A stretch of DNA of 41,097 nt from a virus. A program made the translations under genes and the position numbers. Where the stretch lies: IMG/VR virus record IMGVR_UViG_3300002120_000004; one strand, given 5' to 3'. Shown piece after piece: positions 13,531 to 22,700 of the stretch (position 1 is the first letter of the stretch; every line of letters begins with the position of its first letter). The notes under the pieces were generated by a model. It had not been told where the DNA came from and made no database searches. It saw nothing but the letters and a program-made list of their open reading frames with translations.

Positions 13531-13776
13531 ATGCAGGAAATCCGAGACTCTAAGAATAAACCACATCCAGCACAGGTGATGACCACGCAGGCGGTTCATG
13601 CCTACTGCCGTGGCCATGCCACCAGAGGGTTCAGTAAGGGAATCCGGGACCGGGCTGTTAAGGCTATGGATCCGATCTCTACCGAGGTCGGGGACGACAA
13701 CTCCGCGATCCCGGCAACCCGAGATCTTCCCAATACGAAGATCAAGGACTCATTGAACCCGGCAGGTGTTCTGTGA
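13531..13776 (+). CDS. hypothetical protein (81 aa)
   Basis: Track ORF with GGAGGTGG upstream of the ATG. Confidence 0.5.
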   Translation: MQEIRDSKNKPHPAQVMTTQAVHAYCRGHATRGFSKGIRDRAVKAMDPISTEVGDDNSAIPATRDLPNTKIKDSLNPAGVL

Positions 13777-13991
13777 TGGATTTCAAGAAAGATGTAACTT
13801 CAGTTAAGCGCAGGACTCTTGAGCAGAAAATCCAGGATGTGAAGAGTCCTCCCAAAAAGCAAAGGGACAGCCTGAATCCGTCCCAGAGCATCAGTGTTGT
13901 ACGATCCTGGGACCTGAAGCCCAATCCGAAAGTACCAGAAATGCCGGACGGCCAGGGTCAGTACCAGATGAAAAGGAGCGTGAAAAACTAA
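13773..13991 (+). CDS. hypothetical basic protein (72 aa)
   Basis: Track ORF whose GTG start overlaps the previous stop. Confidence 0.45.
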   Translation: MMDFKKDVTSVKRRTLEQKIQDVKSPPKKQRDSLNPSQSISVVRSWDLKPNPKVPEMPDGQGQYQMKRSVKN

Positions 13992-14924
13992 TTGGCTACA
14001 ACTCCGTTACAGCTTAGTACCGTCAACCACTCAATAGTCATCCCGACAGTATGGGAGCCGATGTTCGAATTCACGGCAAACCAGCCTCGTGGGTTGGCTG
14101 AGCGAGTGTGGAACATTTCTGATAGGGTCCAGGGAAGTGGGAATACCTATAACCTGACGATTCTACCGGCATATGCTCCAACTGCACCGACGGGAACTGC
14201 GCCTGACCAGAGCTTTGCTTCTGGTAACGTGATGACATGGGTTGGCGATGATAGCACGAAACAGGCCAACTATGTCACAGTCGGAACACCTACCCAGAAG
14301 CAGATCAAGTTCCGTCTGAACAACATTGCCATCAAGCTGGATCCGGATATCCAGACATTTAGCGTTTCGGATCTTGCTGAGGCGTATACCCCGGTCCTTG
14401 CTGAGTCGCTCTATCAAGCGATTGAGCTTGAGCTATTCTACTTGATTGGGAATACGACTCTGTGGCCGTCGAACGCGACGTTCGAGATCGGGACGGATGC
14501 TACGCCGTTCTCTGAGGCTAACTTCCTGTCTGGTCTTGGGACACTTCTGACCAATGCTAAGGACAAGTTGGCACCTGGTGATAGTGAGATTTTCGCAGTT
14601 TATGACTTGAACCAGATCGACAACGTTCTGAACGTTGGGAACATTGTCAACGCTTCCGTCCGTGGCGAGAAGAACGGCGCTGCGATGACCGGTCGGATCA
14701 AGACCGTCTACGGTGTTGACTTCATGTTCACCGGGAACGTTCCGACTCAGGGAGCTGGAAACTCCAACTTCCTATTTGCACGTAAGGCGATGGCATACGG
14801 GCGTAAGTCTAATGCCAAGATCGAGACTGATCGTCAGGATTTGATCACCAAGATCATCGCCCACTGCATCTGGGGAGCAAATCAGGTTCACCAGGTTCTG
14901 GGATTCCGTCACCTGACGAACTAG
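13992..14924 (+). CDS. major capsid protein (310 aa)
   Basis: Size and position after the scaffold-like gene. Low use of A-ending codons. Followed by the strong hairpin 14946..14976. TTG start in the context TAATTGGCTACA. Confidence 0.7.
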   Translation: MATTPLQLSTVNHSIVIPTVWEPMFEFTANQPRGLAERVWNISDRVQGSGNTYNLTILPAYAPTAPTGTAPDQSFASGNVMTWVGDDSTKQANYVTVGTPTQKQIKFRLNNIAIKLDPDIQTFSVSDLAEAYTPVLAESLYQAIELELFYLIGNTTLWPSNATFEIGTDATPFSEANFLSGLGTLLTNAKDKLAPGDSEIFAVYDLNQIDNVLNVGNIVNASVRGEKNGAAMTGRIKTVYGVDFMFTGNVPTQGAGNSNFLFARKAMAYGRKSNAKIETDRQDLITKIIAHCIWGANQVHQVLGFRHLTN

Positions 14925-14945
14925 TAGTTTAACTTAGTTATGCCA

Positions 14946-14976
14946 GTGGTGGGGGGCTTAGAATACCCCCCACCAC
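14946..14976 (+). terminator. strong stem-loop after the capsid gene (possible terminator/attenuator, no U-tract)
   Basis: GTGGTGGGGGG-cttagaata-CCCCCCACCAC, an 11-bp perfect stem. Confidence 0.5.
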
Positions 14977-14986
14977 AGGAGGGGGA

Positions 14987-15994
14987 ATGAAAGACCAAGA
15001 GTTCATCACAGAGGTAGATCCTACTGCCATACGTAGGGAAGATGCCGACGTTAGTGATATTGATACGATCCCATGGAAGTATGCCCCAGGAGGGCATCTT
15101 CTGGTAGACCGTACCTCTCTCATCGTTGGACCGGTCGGTCACAAGAACCCGATCCGTCTTCCTCACCCATATAACAAGGTTAACCAGCCTTTTGTAGGTA
15201 GCTGTTCCAAACCAGGGCCGGGCAATGCTGGATGCTTCTCGTGGAATAGGTGCCCGTTTGCTAGGTGGGCTGAACGCATGAGGGGGGCTGCCAAAGCTCC
15301 CTGGAATGTGATTCTAAGGCTTGGGGCTCAGACTACCGTAGCACCGTGCTACCACAATTATGTAGGTGTAGATCGTAGGGGTTGGCCAGTCCATGAGGGT
15401 GGTGGAATTAGTAAGGGCTGGAGGATCGTTGATAGTAAGACCACAAATCCAACCAAGAATGCTTACTTCACAACGGATCCAATTACCGGTACTCGCACAA
15501 GGCATGTGGATATTGTGGAGCGTGAGGTTCCAGATCTTGGCCCTATGTATGCAAAGCTTACGAAAGAAGACTGGTCGCTCAAGGAAGCAGATGACCCAGT
15601 AGAGGAGATGTATGATACGGGAAAAGAGCCTTGGGAAGCTGCCACTGGCATGGGAAAACGAGAATGGGGAGATCGAATCCAAGCTGGTGGAGCAGTTCGA
15701 GGTTACAGCCACGGGGAAGGACGTACAGGAACTGAAGGGTATGCTCAGGAAATCGGCGGAGGCGAATACCCAGAGGAAGAGTATCCTGAACAGGAACCTA
15801 CCGAAAATCAAGATTACGGATCCCTCGGGGAGGATACACCACGTCCGGTGCGACCGCGAGGACGCCCTAAGGGATCAGGGATGGGGAAGATTGGCAACAA
15901 AGGTGTCCGTAAGAATGCCCATGGCGTCCGAAGAGCTCGCAAGAGCCCTGGGATGGGATCGGAAGGTCCTCCGTCCGGGCAAGAGAAGCTATAA
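14987..15994 (+). CDS. hypothetical virion-module protein (335 aa) with a low-complexity basic tail containing an AT-hook-like RPRGRPKGS
   Basis: GGAGGGGG SD. Clearly coding up to ~15600. The last 383 nt overlap gene 15612..16028 in another frame. Confidence 0.65.
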   Translation: MKDQEFITEVDPTAIRREDADVSDIDTIPWKYAPGGHLLVDRTSLIVGPVGHKNPIRLPHPYNKVNQPFVGSCSKPGPGNAGCFSWNRCPFARWAERMRGAAKAPWNVILRLGAQTTVAPCYHNYVGVDRRGWPVHEGGGISKGWRIVDSKTTNPTKNAYFTTDPITGTRTRHVDIVEREVPDLGPMYAKLTKEDWSLKEADDPVEEMYDTGKEPWEAATGMGKREWGDRIQAGGAVRGYSHGEGRTGTEGYAQEIGGGEYPEEEYPEQEPTENQDYGSLGEDTPRPVRPRGRPKGSGMGKIGNKGVRKNAHGVRRARKSPGMGSEGPPSGQEKL

Positions 15995-16028
15995 GTACTC
16001 TCAAGGAAATCTAAAGGAGGTAGTGTAA
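15612..16028 (+). CDS. hypothetical protein (138 aa), overlapped by the preceding gene
   Basis: ATG 15612 lies 4 nt after GAGGAG, and its frame is closed upstream by TAG 15600..15602. Composition and codon endings (AAG/GAG, few A3) resemble the capsid gene. Confidence 0.6.
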   Translation: MIREKSLGKLPLAWENENGEIESKLVEQFEVTATGKDVQELKGMLRKSAEANTQRKSILNRNLPKIKITDPSGRIHHVRCDREDALRDQGWGRLATKVSVRMPMASEELARALGWDRKVLRPGKRSYKYSQGNLKEVV

Positions 16029-16286
16029 TTGGCTACACAGTTTAACAGTCTTCAGTCGTTTTCTGCAGGTGGTATGACACATACTGTTTTGGAGCTTAAG
16101 CTAATCACCTCAGGAACAACGGTGACTTATACCCTAACGAATTTAGCACCAGTTGCCATCACGTTCTACAATAAAACTACGGGTGCGCTTCCATCTGGAG
16201 GGACATTTGTGGAATCTACTGGCGTTTATACGTCACCGACTATGGTCGTAAATGATGTGTGTGAGGTTGTGTTTACTACTAGGTAA
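16029..16286 (+). CDS. small beta-rich structural protein (85 aa), possible decoration/head fibre
   Basis: TTG start 8 nt after AAAGGAGG, in the same TAATTGGCTACA context as the capsid gene. Confidence 0.65.
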   Translation: MATQFNSLQSFSAGGMTHTVLELKLITSGTTVTYTLTNLAPVAITFYNKTTGALPSGGTFVESTGVYTSPTMVVNDVCEVVFTTR

Positions 16287-16375
16287 ACTGTCCATGCCCC
16301 GTAAGAATCCAGAGCGAGTAGAGCACAAGTACCTGTCATGGAGAGACGTTTTCACTAAAAAGAAAATGGTGATAG

Positions 16376-16603
16376 ATGAGTCTTTTAGCAGACCTGGACA
16401 TCGTAGCCGACAGGACAAGCAGAGCAGCAAAAATTATCAGGCTCGCAGAGAGGCCGTCCGTCGAAGTCAATCCAGATGATGATGACATAAAGTTCACACT
16501 CAGGGAGGAAGATAAAAACTCGATTCGGTCCAGGTCTGATCCCCTCCTACGGGAGGCAAACCAAGCATGGAATCGAGTCAAGTCCGTCGTTACTGGAATT
16601 TAG
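16376..16603 (+). CDS. hypothetical protein (75 aa)
   Basis: Track ORF with a weak GGTGA SD. Confidence 0.5.
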   Translation: MSLLADLDIVADRTSRAAKIIRLAERPSVEVNPDDDDIKFTLREEDKNSIRSRSDPLLREANQAWNRVKSVVTGI

Positions 16604-16659
16604 TAAACCGATGAAATATATTGAGGGTGAAGTCCTAGCACTAGGAAGGAGCAGAGTAA

Positions 16660-17139
16660 ATGGCACGTGAATATACCGTAGGAGGAAGCAACATCACAGT
16701 GGCTGGGGCAACCACCCTAATCTCTATTAGGCCCAGCACAACACTCGCGCTTGAGATTCTGAGAATGTGGGTGGCGTTTTCTGGTAACGCTACAAGCGCC
16801 CAGACTAGGATCCGCGTTGAGATGCAGAGCGGTACAGCACCGACGCTTACCGGCGCGACACCTCAGAAGCTCAAGCAAGGGGATCCAACCAGTGGGATCG
16901 TCAGCGGTACGACTGGAGCTGCTGGGACTACGGGGATCAACGCAAGCGTGGAGGCGGGGACCAAGGCAGCCATTTGGGATGACGCCTTCAACCATCTCAA
17001 CGGATGGCTGTGGGTCCCGACGCCGAGGGAGACGCTAATCCTTCCGGCTGGAGGATCGGCCTTGGGTCTGTTCTTCCCCGCAGCACCTGGTACGCTGACC
17101 GGATGGTCGTTCGGTCTCAACTTCGCAGAGCTTGGCTAA
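16660..17139 (+). CDS. hypothetical structural protein (159 aa)
   Basis: AGGAAGGAG SD. G/A/T-rich, beta-type sequence. Confidence 0.7.
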   Translation: MAREYTVGGSNITVAGATTLISIRPSTTLALEILRMWVAFSGNATSAQTRIRVEMQSGTAPTLTGATPQKLKQGDPTSGIVSGTTGAAGTTGINASVEAGTKAAIWDDAFNHLNGWLWVPTPRETLILPAGGSALGLFFPAAPGTLTGWSFGLNFAELG

Positions 17140-17147
17140 TAGACCAT

Positions 17148-17179
17148 GAGACGGTCCGAGACAAAACTCGGACCGTCTC
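17148..17179 (+). terminator. 13-bp perfect stem-loop (possible terminator, no U-tract)
   Basis: GAGACGGTCCGAG-acaaaa-CTCGGACCGTCTC. Confidence 0.5.
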
Positions 17180-17196
17180 TAGGAATCGTATAACCG

Positions 17197-17916
17197 ATGG
17201 CACTGGGCGGGTCTCTCGTAGGGGCTGCACTGCACTCCAACTCGGACGCGAGCGTCTACACCTATGCCTCCGCTACCTACTCGAACAACCAACTCTACCT
17301 TCTCTACACGTGTAGCTCGATAGCGACCGGCACGGCCCCTAGCGTAACCAGCGTGACTGGTGGGGGTCTCACTTGGGTCGAGGTCACGGCTGCTGGTGGG
17401 CTTCCCTATTCAGGAACGGTGCGCCGCATCCAGGTGTTCCGCGCTCTCGTCACGAGTGGGGCCGGGCCAGGTGCGCTGACGATCAACCTCAACGGAACCT
17501 CCACGCAGATGGACGCCATCGTCATGGAGATGACTGGAATGGACACGAGCGGGACAAACGGTTCTGGGGCCATCGTTCAAACCGCAACGGCCACGGGGGT
17601 CGCAAATGAACTAATAATCACGCTCGGCTCGTTCGGAAACTCCAACAACCGACCCGTGGCTGGAATAGGGTACAGGGCCAACACGACAGGTACGCAAGAA
17701 GCAGGTTATACGCTGATTCAGACCGCAGGTCACAACCTCCCTATTGGAGGCTCGATCGTGTTCTGGCATGTCGCCACAGCGGAGCTGACGCCGAGCGCGA
17801 GCGGCTGGGGCGCGGTCGAGAACGGCGGCATCGCCATCGAGATCAAGGCGGCAGCCGAGGAGCCGACAATGCCCTATAATCCGTGGCTCTCTAGGGGTCC
17901 GATCACGGCGCAATAA
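17197..17916 (+). CDS. structural protein (239 aa) sharing a module with the N-terminus of the 19719..22745 product
   Basis: Ordered motif matches: GGLTWVEV/GGWTQVVN, RIQVFRALVTSG/RITMFWKRATGS, MDAIVMEMTG/VNGIIAVIRG, GGSIVFWH/GGTAIWSA. Confidence 0.7.
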   Translation: MALGGSLVGAALHSNSDASVYTYASATYSNNQLYLLYTCSSIATGTAPSVTSVTGGGLTWVEVTAAGGLPYSGTVRRIQVFRALVTSGAGPGALTINLNGTSTQMDAIVMEMTGMDTSGTNGSGAIVQTATATGVANELIITLGSFGNSNNRPVAGIGYRANTTGTQEAGYTLIQTAGHNLPIGGSIVFWHVATAELTPSASGWGAVENGGIAIEIKAAAEEPTMPYNPWLSRGPITAQ

Positions 17917-19719
17917 ATGGCGATCTACTACCAACCACCGCAGCCATTCTTAGGGAGTCGGCAACCTCTAGAGGGTAGGAAGCTGACGCCGGACTCCACG
18001 GACAACCCACCGTTCGGCGGGAGGCGACTCCTCTGGACGGTCCTCGCAGCCTGGCAACTCGTCGCGCCGCCGCTCCAACTGAGGCCAGGAATCGTTCCCG
18101 AAGCCGCAGCGGTCGAAGCGCCGGTTCTCTCGTCTCGTCCATGGTTCCCTGCCGTCATCGCTTCGTGGCAGGCCGAAGTACCGGCCTCCACCCAGAGACG
18201 CATATTGCCGCCGGAGTCTGCCCCGGACGATCCGCCGTTCGGATCTCGGCCTTGGCTCGGTTCCGTTCTCTCAAGCTGGCAATTCGATCTCAAACCGGAA
18301 GCGGCTCCGAGGCGAGTCGTACCGGAGGAGGCGGGACCGCCAGCGGACGATCTGCCGTTCGGTCTCCGACCCTGGCTTAGCGCCGTCTCTAATTATTGGA
18401 ACCAACCCGGTCCGCTCCCGGCCAGACCTCGCCTCACTCCGATCCTCTGTGGCGGCATCAAGAGCGCGAGCGGCACGATCACATACCAGAACAACGAACA
18501 CGGCGACACGACCTCGGACGGCATCCCAGGCTCATACAGCTTCATCGACATCTCTAAAAAGATGCCGCTGGAGTTGGTCGAGCTTGGGGCCCTCGGCTCT
18601 CAGAAGCTCTTTGATGCGGTATCGAACATCAACAACGGCGGCACATGCCCCGGACCGACTTCGTTCATCGCAGAAGACTCAACGGTGGTCTTCCGCTCCA
18701 CGAAGACGTTCCAGGTTTCGGCGACGGGAGCCATTGGACGCTCGACACGACTTGGGCGGAAGGAGGGCACTGGCCTCAAAGCCGGGGGCAGTCACGGCGT
18801 CAAGATGTACGCCAGTCCGAACTCCTTCTCCTTCCGAGGTCTCACTGAAATCTACGACAGCCACATCATCAACGCCTCATCGGGCCTTGGGAGCATCAGT
18901 TTCTTTCCCGCAGTCGATGACACTGGGGAACTGATCGGTTCGATCTTCGAGAACCCAGTCGGACCAATCGGGTCTCTTGGTACCGCAACCTTCCGCCTGA
19001 GCAACATCTTCGATTGCACCTTTGTCCACAAGCCCAGCCTCTCCAATTCCATGTCCATCAACGTAAACCACATGGAGCAGGTGACCTTCGTGTGCGTCGC
19101 TGGTGGGACCGTGTGCCTGCCGTTCACCGGAACCCTGCAAGCGCGTGACATCTTCTTCGCGGGATCCCCTTCCAGTTGGGACCTAAGACCGCAGAACGCG
19201 GCGGCTGGCGGGACGATACGTAATCCCACATGGAGTCGCGTTGTCCCGCAGATCGGGCCTTCGGTCACCACCTCCACATACGAGACCTGGGATTATGGTG
19301 TGCTCATAGAGGATAAGACCACGGCTGCACCGCTTGCGGGCCTTGCTGTTGAGTTGTTGGACAAAGACGACGTAACGGTAGTCGATACCACGACAGACGC
19401 CACCGGCCAGATAGATTTTGACGCTCTTGGGGCGATAGAGTTCGGAACCGAGTTGTATAAGAACTGCGTGGTGGTCGTGCAGCACGCGGCTGGGGTTCCC
19501 GAGACTCCATCGTATAGGGGACCGTGGACTCTGAAGGTGAACCACAAGGGCACAATCAATCCAGCCTACGAGACCTACGAGCGGAAGATCGACTGGCCGT
19601 ATGAGGACTATGCCTACGGAAGACAGTACAAGAAAGTCAACATGGTGGTTTCACTCGGACCACCTCCAGGGCCGGTTCCAGAGCCTCCGGTAGGGTGGAT
19701 TGAGAAAGTAGGGTCATAG
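17917..19719 (+). CDS. tail fibre/spike-like protein (600 aa) with a four-fold N-terminal PPFG-RPW-W repeat
   Basis: Long GC-rich ORF with repeats DNPPFGGRRLLWTVLAAWQ / SSRPWFPAVIASWQ / DDPPFGSRPWLGSVLSSWQ / DDLPFGLRPWLSAVSNYWN. Confidence 0.7.
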   Translation: MAIYYQPPQPFLGSRQPLEGRKLTPDSTDNPPFGGRRLLWTVLAAWQLVAPPLQLRPGIVPEAAAVEAPVLSSRPWFPAVIASWQAEVPASTQRRILPPESAPDDPPFGSRPWLGSVLSSWQFDLKPEAAPRRVVPEEAGPPADDLPFGLRPWLSAVSNYWNQPGPLPARPRLTPILCGGIKSASGTITYQNNEHGDTTSDGIPGSYSFIDISKKMPLELVELGALGSQKLFDAVSNINNGGTCPGPTSFIAEDSTVVFRSTKTFQVSATGAIGRSTRLGRKEGTGLKAGGSHGVKMYASPNSFSFRGLTEIYDSHIINASSGLGSISFFPAVDDTGELIGSIFENPVGPIGSLGTATFRLSNIFDCTFVHKPSLSNSMSINVNHMEQVTFVCVAGGTVCLPFTGTLQARDIFFAGSPSSWDLRPQNAAAGGTIRNPTWSRVVPQIGPSVTTSTYETWDYGVLIEDKTTAAPLAGLAVELLDKDDVTVVDTTTDATGQIDFDALGAIEFGTELYKNCVVVVQHAAGVPETPSYRGPWTLKVNHKGTINPAYETYERKIDWPYEDYAYGRQYKKVNMVVSLGPPPGPVPEPPVGWIEKVGS

Positions 19720-22700
19720 TGGCACTACCAACCTGGGCGAATCTTGGACCAGCAAGTGGTGGTACGGGTTCGATTACCGTAAACTGGCCAAACAACTATG
19801 CCACGAATGATATTGGGCTTCTGATATGCCAGTCGTCCAACGAAACAGTTACTGAGACAAGCGGTGGGTGGACTCAGGTTGTAAACTCACCACAGGGTAC
19901 TGGGACCGCTGGTGCTCCACTGTCAACGAGGATCACGATGTTCTGGAAGCGGGCAACTGGTTCCCCTCCAGATGATCCAGAACCACCGGCCCAGCTTGCA
20001 GATGCTGGAGACCACGTAAACGGGATCATAGCAGTCATTCGTGGGTGTCCGATCACTGGGAACCCAATACACATCACATCTGGTGGTGTGGATGCTGTTT
20101 CTGATACGAGCCTGAACATTACTGGGCCGACAACCACAATTGACGAGTGCCTTGTGATTATAGCGGCCTGTCATGGTCTCGATGTTCCAGACCCACATTG
20201 GTCTGGTGAATCAGCTCCAAACCTAAGCGGTCTTATTGAGCGCTACGACAAGTCCATCACGATTGGGAATGGCGGCGGTACAGCCATATGGAGCGCGACA
20301 CTACCAAGTAAGGGACCAGTAGGTAATTTCGAGGCGACCGGTGTAGCGGCGACACTCAAGGCGTATATGGTAGTTGCCTTTATACCGAAGCCTAAGCTTC
20401 TGAATACGGACCTCATTGAGGGAAACACCGGCCCGTGGGTCCCGTGTAATTATGGTGGTGGTGGGACGTTCACTATGTGTGTCGGTGGCCCGGACGGAAC
20501 GATCATCACGGCAAGCAACTTGGCTGGTATCTATATCAGCAGAGACCGTGGAGATAGCTGGACCCCGATAGGGAACAAACATGGGTTCAACGACCAGTTC
20601 GTGGCGGCGGTGGCATTCGATCCGGTGGATGCCAAGATCATCCATGCAGCTACATCCCATGGGATCTATGGGACAGTTGATGGTGGATCCAGCTGGTCCA
20701 AGAGACCAACTGGAGTCACACCAGAGCCATGGATAGCAGATATCCTACCAGCTGCGTCGGATCCGAATATCGTCTATGCAGCCTATCACGATGACTTTGA
20801 TGACCCGGATACCGGGATTCTAAAGAGCACAGATCGTGGCCTGACGTTCCAGGATGTTGTGGATGATCTTCCCACAAATCCACCCACCGGCCTAAGGGTT
20901 CTGAGGCTGTGGGTTAATACACAGAACCCGGACATTCTCTACATCGTTTCTGGACGGCACGATTTCAACAAGACCGCAGAGGACTCGATCTGGAAGAGCA
21001 CGAATAGCGGCGTAAACTGGACGAGGATCAGTGGACCACTGGAGGCGCTGGGCGTCGTGTGGGACTGTTATATGGACCGGAACACCCCGACAACCTTGTG
21101 GGCCACGATCTACACGGGCGACCCATACACAACTCCGTTCAGTTGGGCCGGGTCCACTCACGTTTCTCTGGACTCGGGTGCTACCTGGACCCAGAAGTCT
21201 ACCCACACAGGTAGCATCATGGTCAAGTACGGAAGCTCCAACGTGATCTGGTGCTCTGATAACAAAAGAAACTTTGGGGCTGCTGAGGAAGGTTTCTGGG
21301 AGTCTACCGACACCGGAGACACGTGGATCAAGAAAAGCAACCTAGGAGACTACGACTGTGGTTGGCAGTCTAATCCTGACCGCTCATATGGATCCTCGCT
21401 GTACGGAGTTCCCCATACGTTTGGTCAGGATCTCTCGGATCCAAACAGTGTGTACCAAATCAGCGACCAGTTTGTCCATGGATCGTTTGATGGGGGAGAT
21501 GTCTTCCGAAACTTCTATACGTACCAGGTTCCTGGAGGGACATGGACAACTCGTAGGGTCGAGAATCTGACCATAGCTGATATCAGGATCAGTCCAGCCA
21601 ACAAAAGCATCATCTACAGCGGAGCCTACGACACAGGAATTTGGAGGAGCATTGATGGGGGGTATAGCTGGGAGATATGCAACTCCCCAGACTTCACAGA
21701 AGACTGGAATGGCGAGGGCGGGAACACCTGTACCATCATGCCAGACCCGGCCAGGAGCAATTTTGTGTGGGCTGCACATGGCAGAACCGAGATTACAGCC
21801 AACCTCGTTAAGAGCAACGATACCGGTGAGGCAGGAAGCTGGTTTGCCACTACTGGGATCCCGGCGAATCGGTTCGTGTATGGTCTATCTCTTGATAAGA
21901 GAAGCCTGGTTTCCTCAAGGATCCTGTTTGTAACCGCTGGGTTTAATGATGACAAGACCGGTGGCGTCTACAAGAGCACTGACGATGGGATAACGTGGAC
22001 ACTCGTTCTCTCTGGGGCAGCGGATGCTGCACCCAGAGTCACGGCTATAGACGCTGTTGATTCCAACCTAATATATGCTGGTGGTGAGGGTGGATTCTGG
22101 AGGTCCACCACTGGTGGGGGATCTGGATCGTGGACTCTACTAAGTACCCCTTCGGATTTTGTTGGGACTACTGGTACCAGCAGCCTTGGTACTCTTACTT
22201 GGACTGGAGTTGCATGGATTGAAGCAGATCCCACTGTGGCGAACAGGGTATATGTCTGTGCATATGGGACCTCTACCGACAGGGGGTTATATCGTAGCGA
22301 TGACCGGGGTGACACATGGACCAAAATCTACAGTGGTGACTTCATACGTCGATGTGCGATACACCCAACCAACTCAGACCATATCTTCGTGGCCTCTGGT
22401 GCTTCTACGACGGCTCCTTCATCCTCCTCATACCTATCCAGTGGGATTCTGAGAAGCATTGACGGTGGGACCACGTGGAGGTCCGTAAACGACAACCTAG
22501 CATGGACGCTAGCCGGTCCCATTGCAGTCGGTCCAGGGATGCCATACACAGTCTTTATAGGATCCATGGGTGGCGGATTCTTCAAGAGACAGTTTGATAC
22601 CCTCTGGTGGAATGAAAAGGTGGTTCAGATGATGTCGCCCATCGAGAAGACGGGAACCCTGATTTCCGTTACGGAGAAAACCGGGACCCTAGTATCCATG

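Noticed and set aside
16252-16479. 75-aa plus ORF (internal ATG 16294) between the decoration-like gene and 16376..16603
   Set aside because: It has no SD, overlaps the better-looking 16376..16603 gene, and has a basic low-complexity tail. I left it unannotated, though a short genuine peptide cannot be excluded.
17004-19559. Many 60-160-aa ORFs on both strands in the fibre region
   Set aside because: This GC-rich stretch is depleted in stop codons. All of these ORFs overlap the long, repeat-structured fibre ORFs and give R/P/A/G-rich nonsense.
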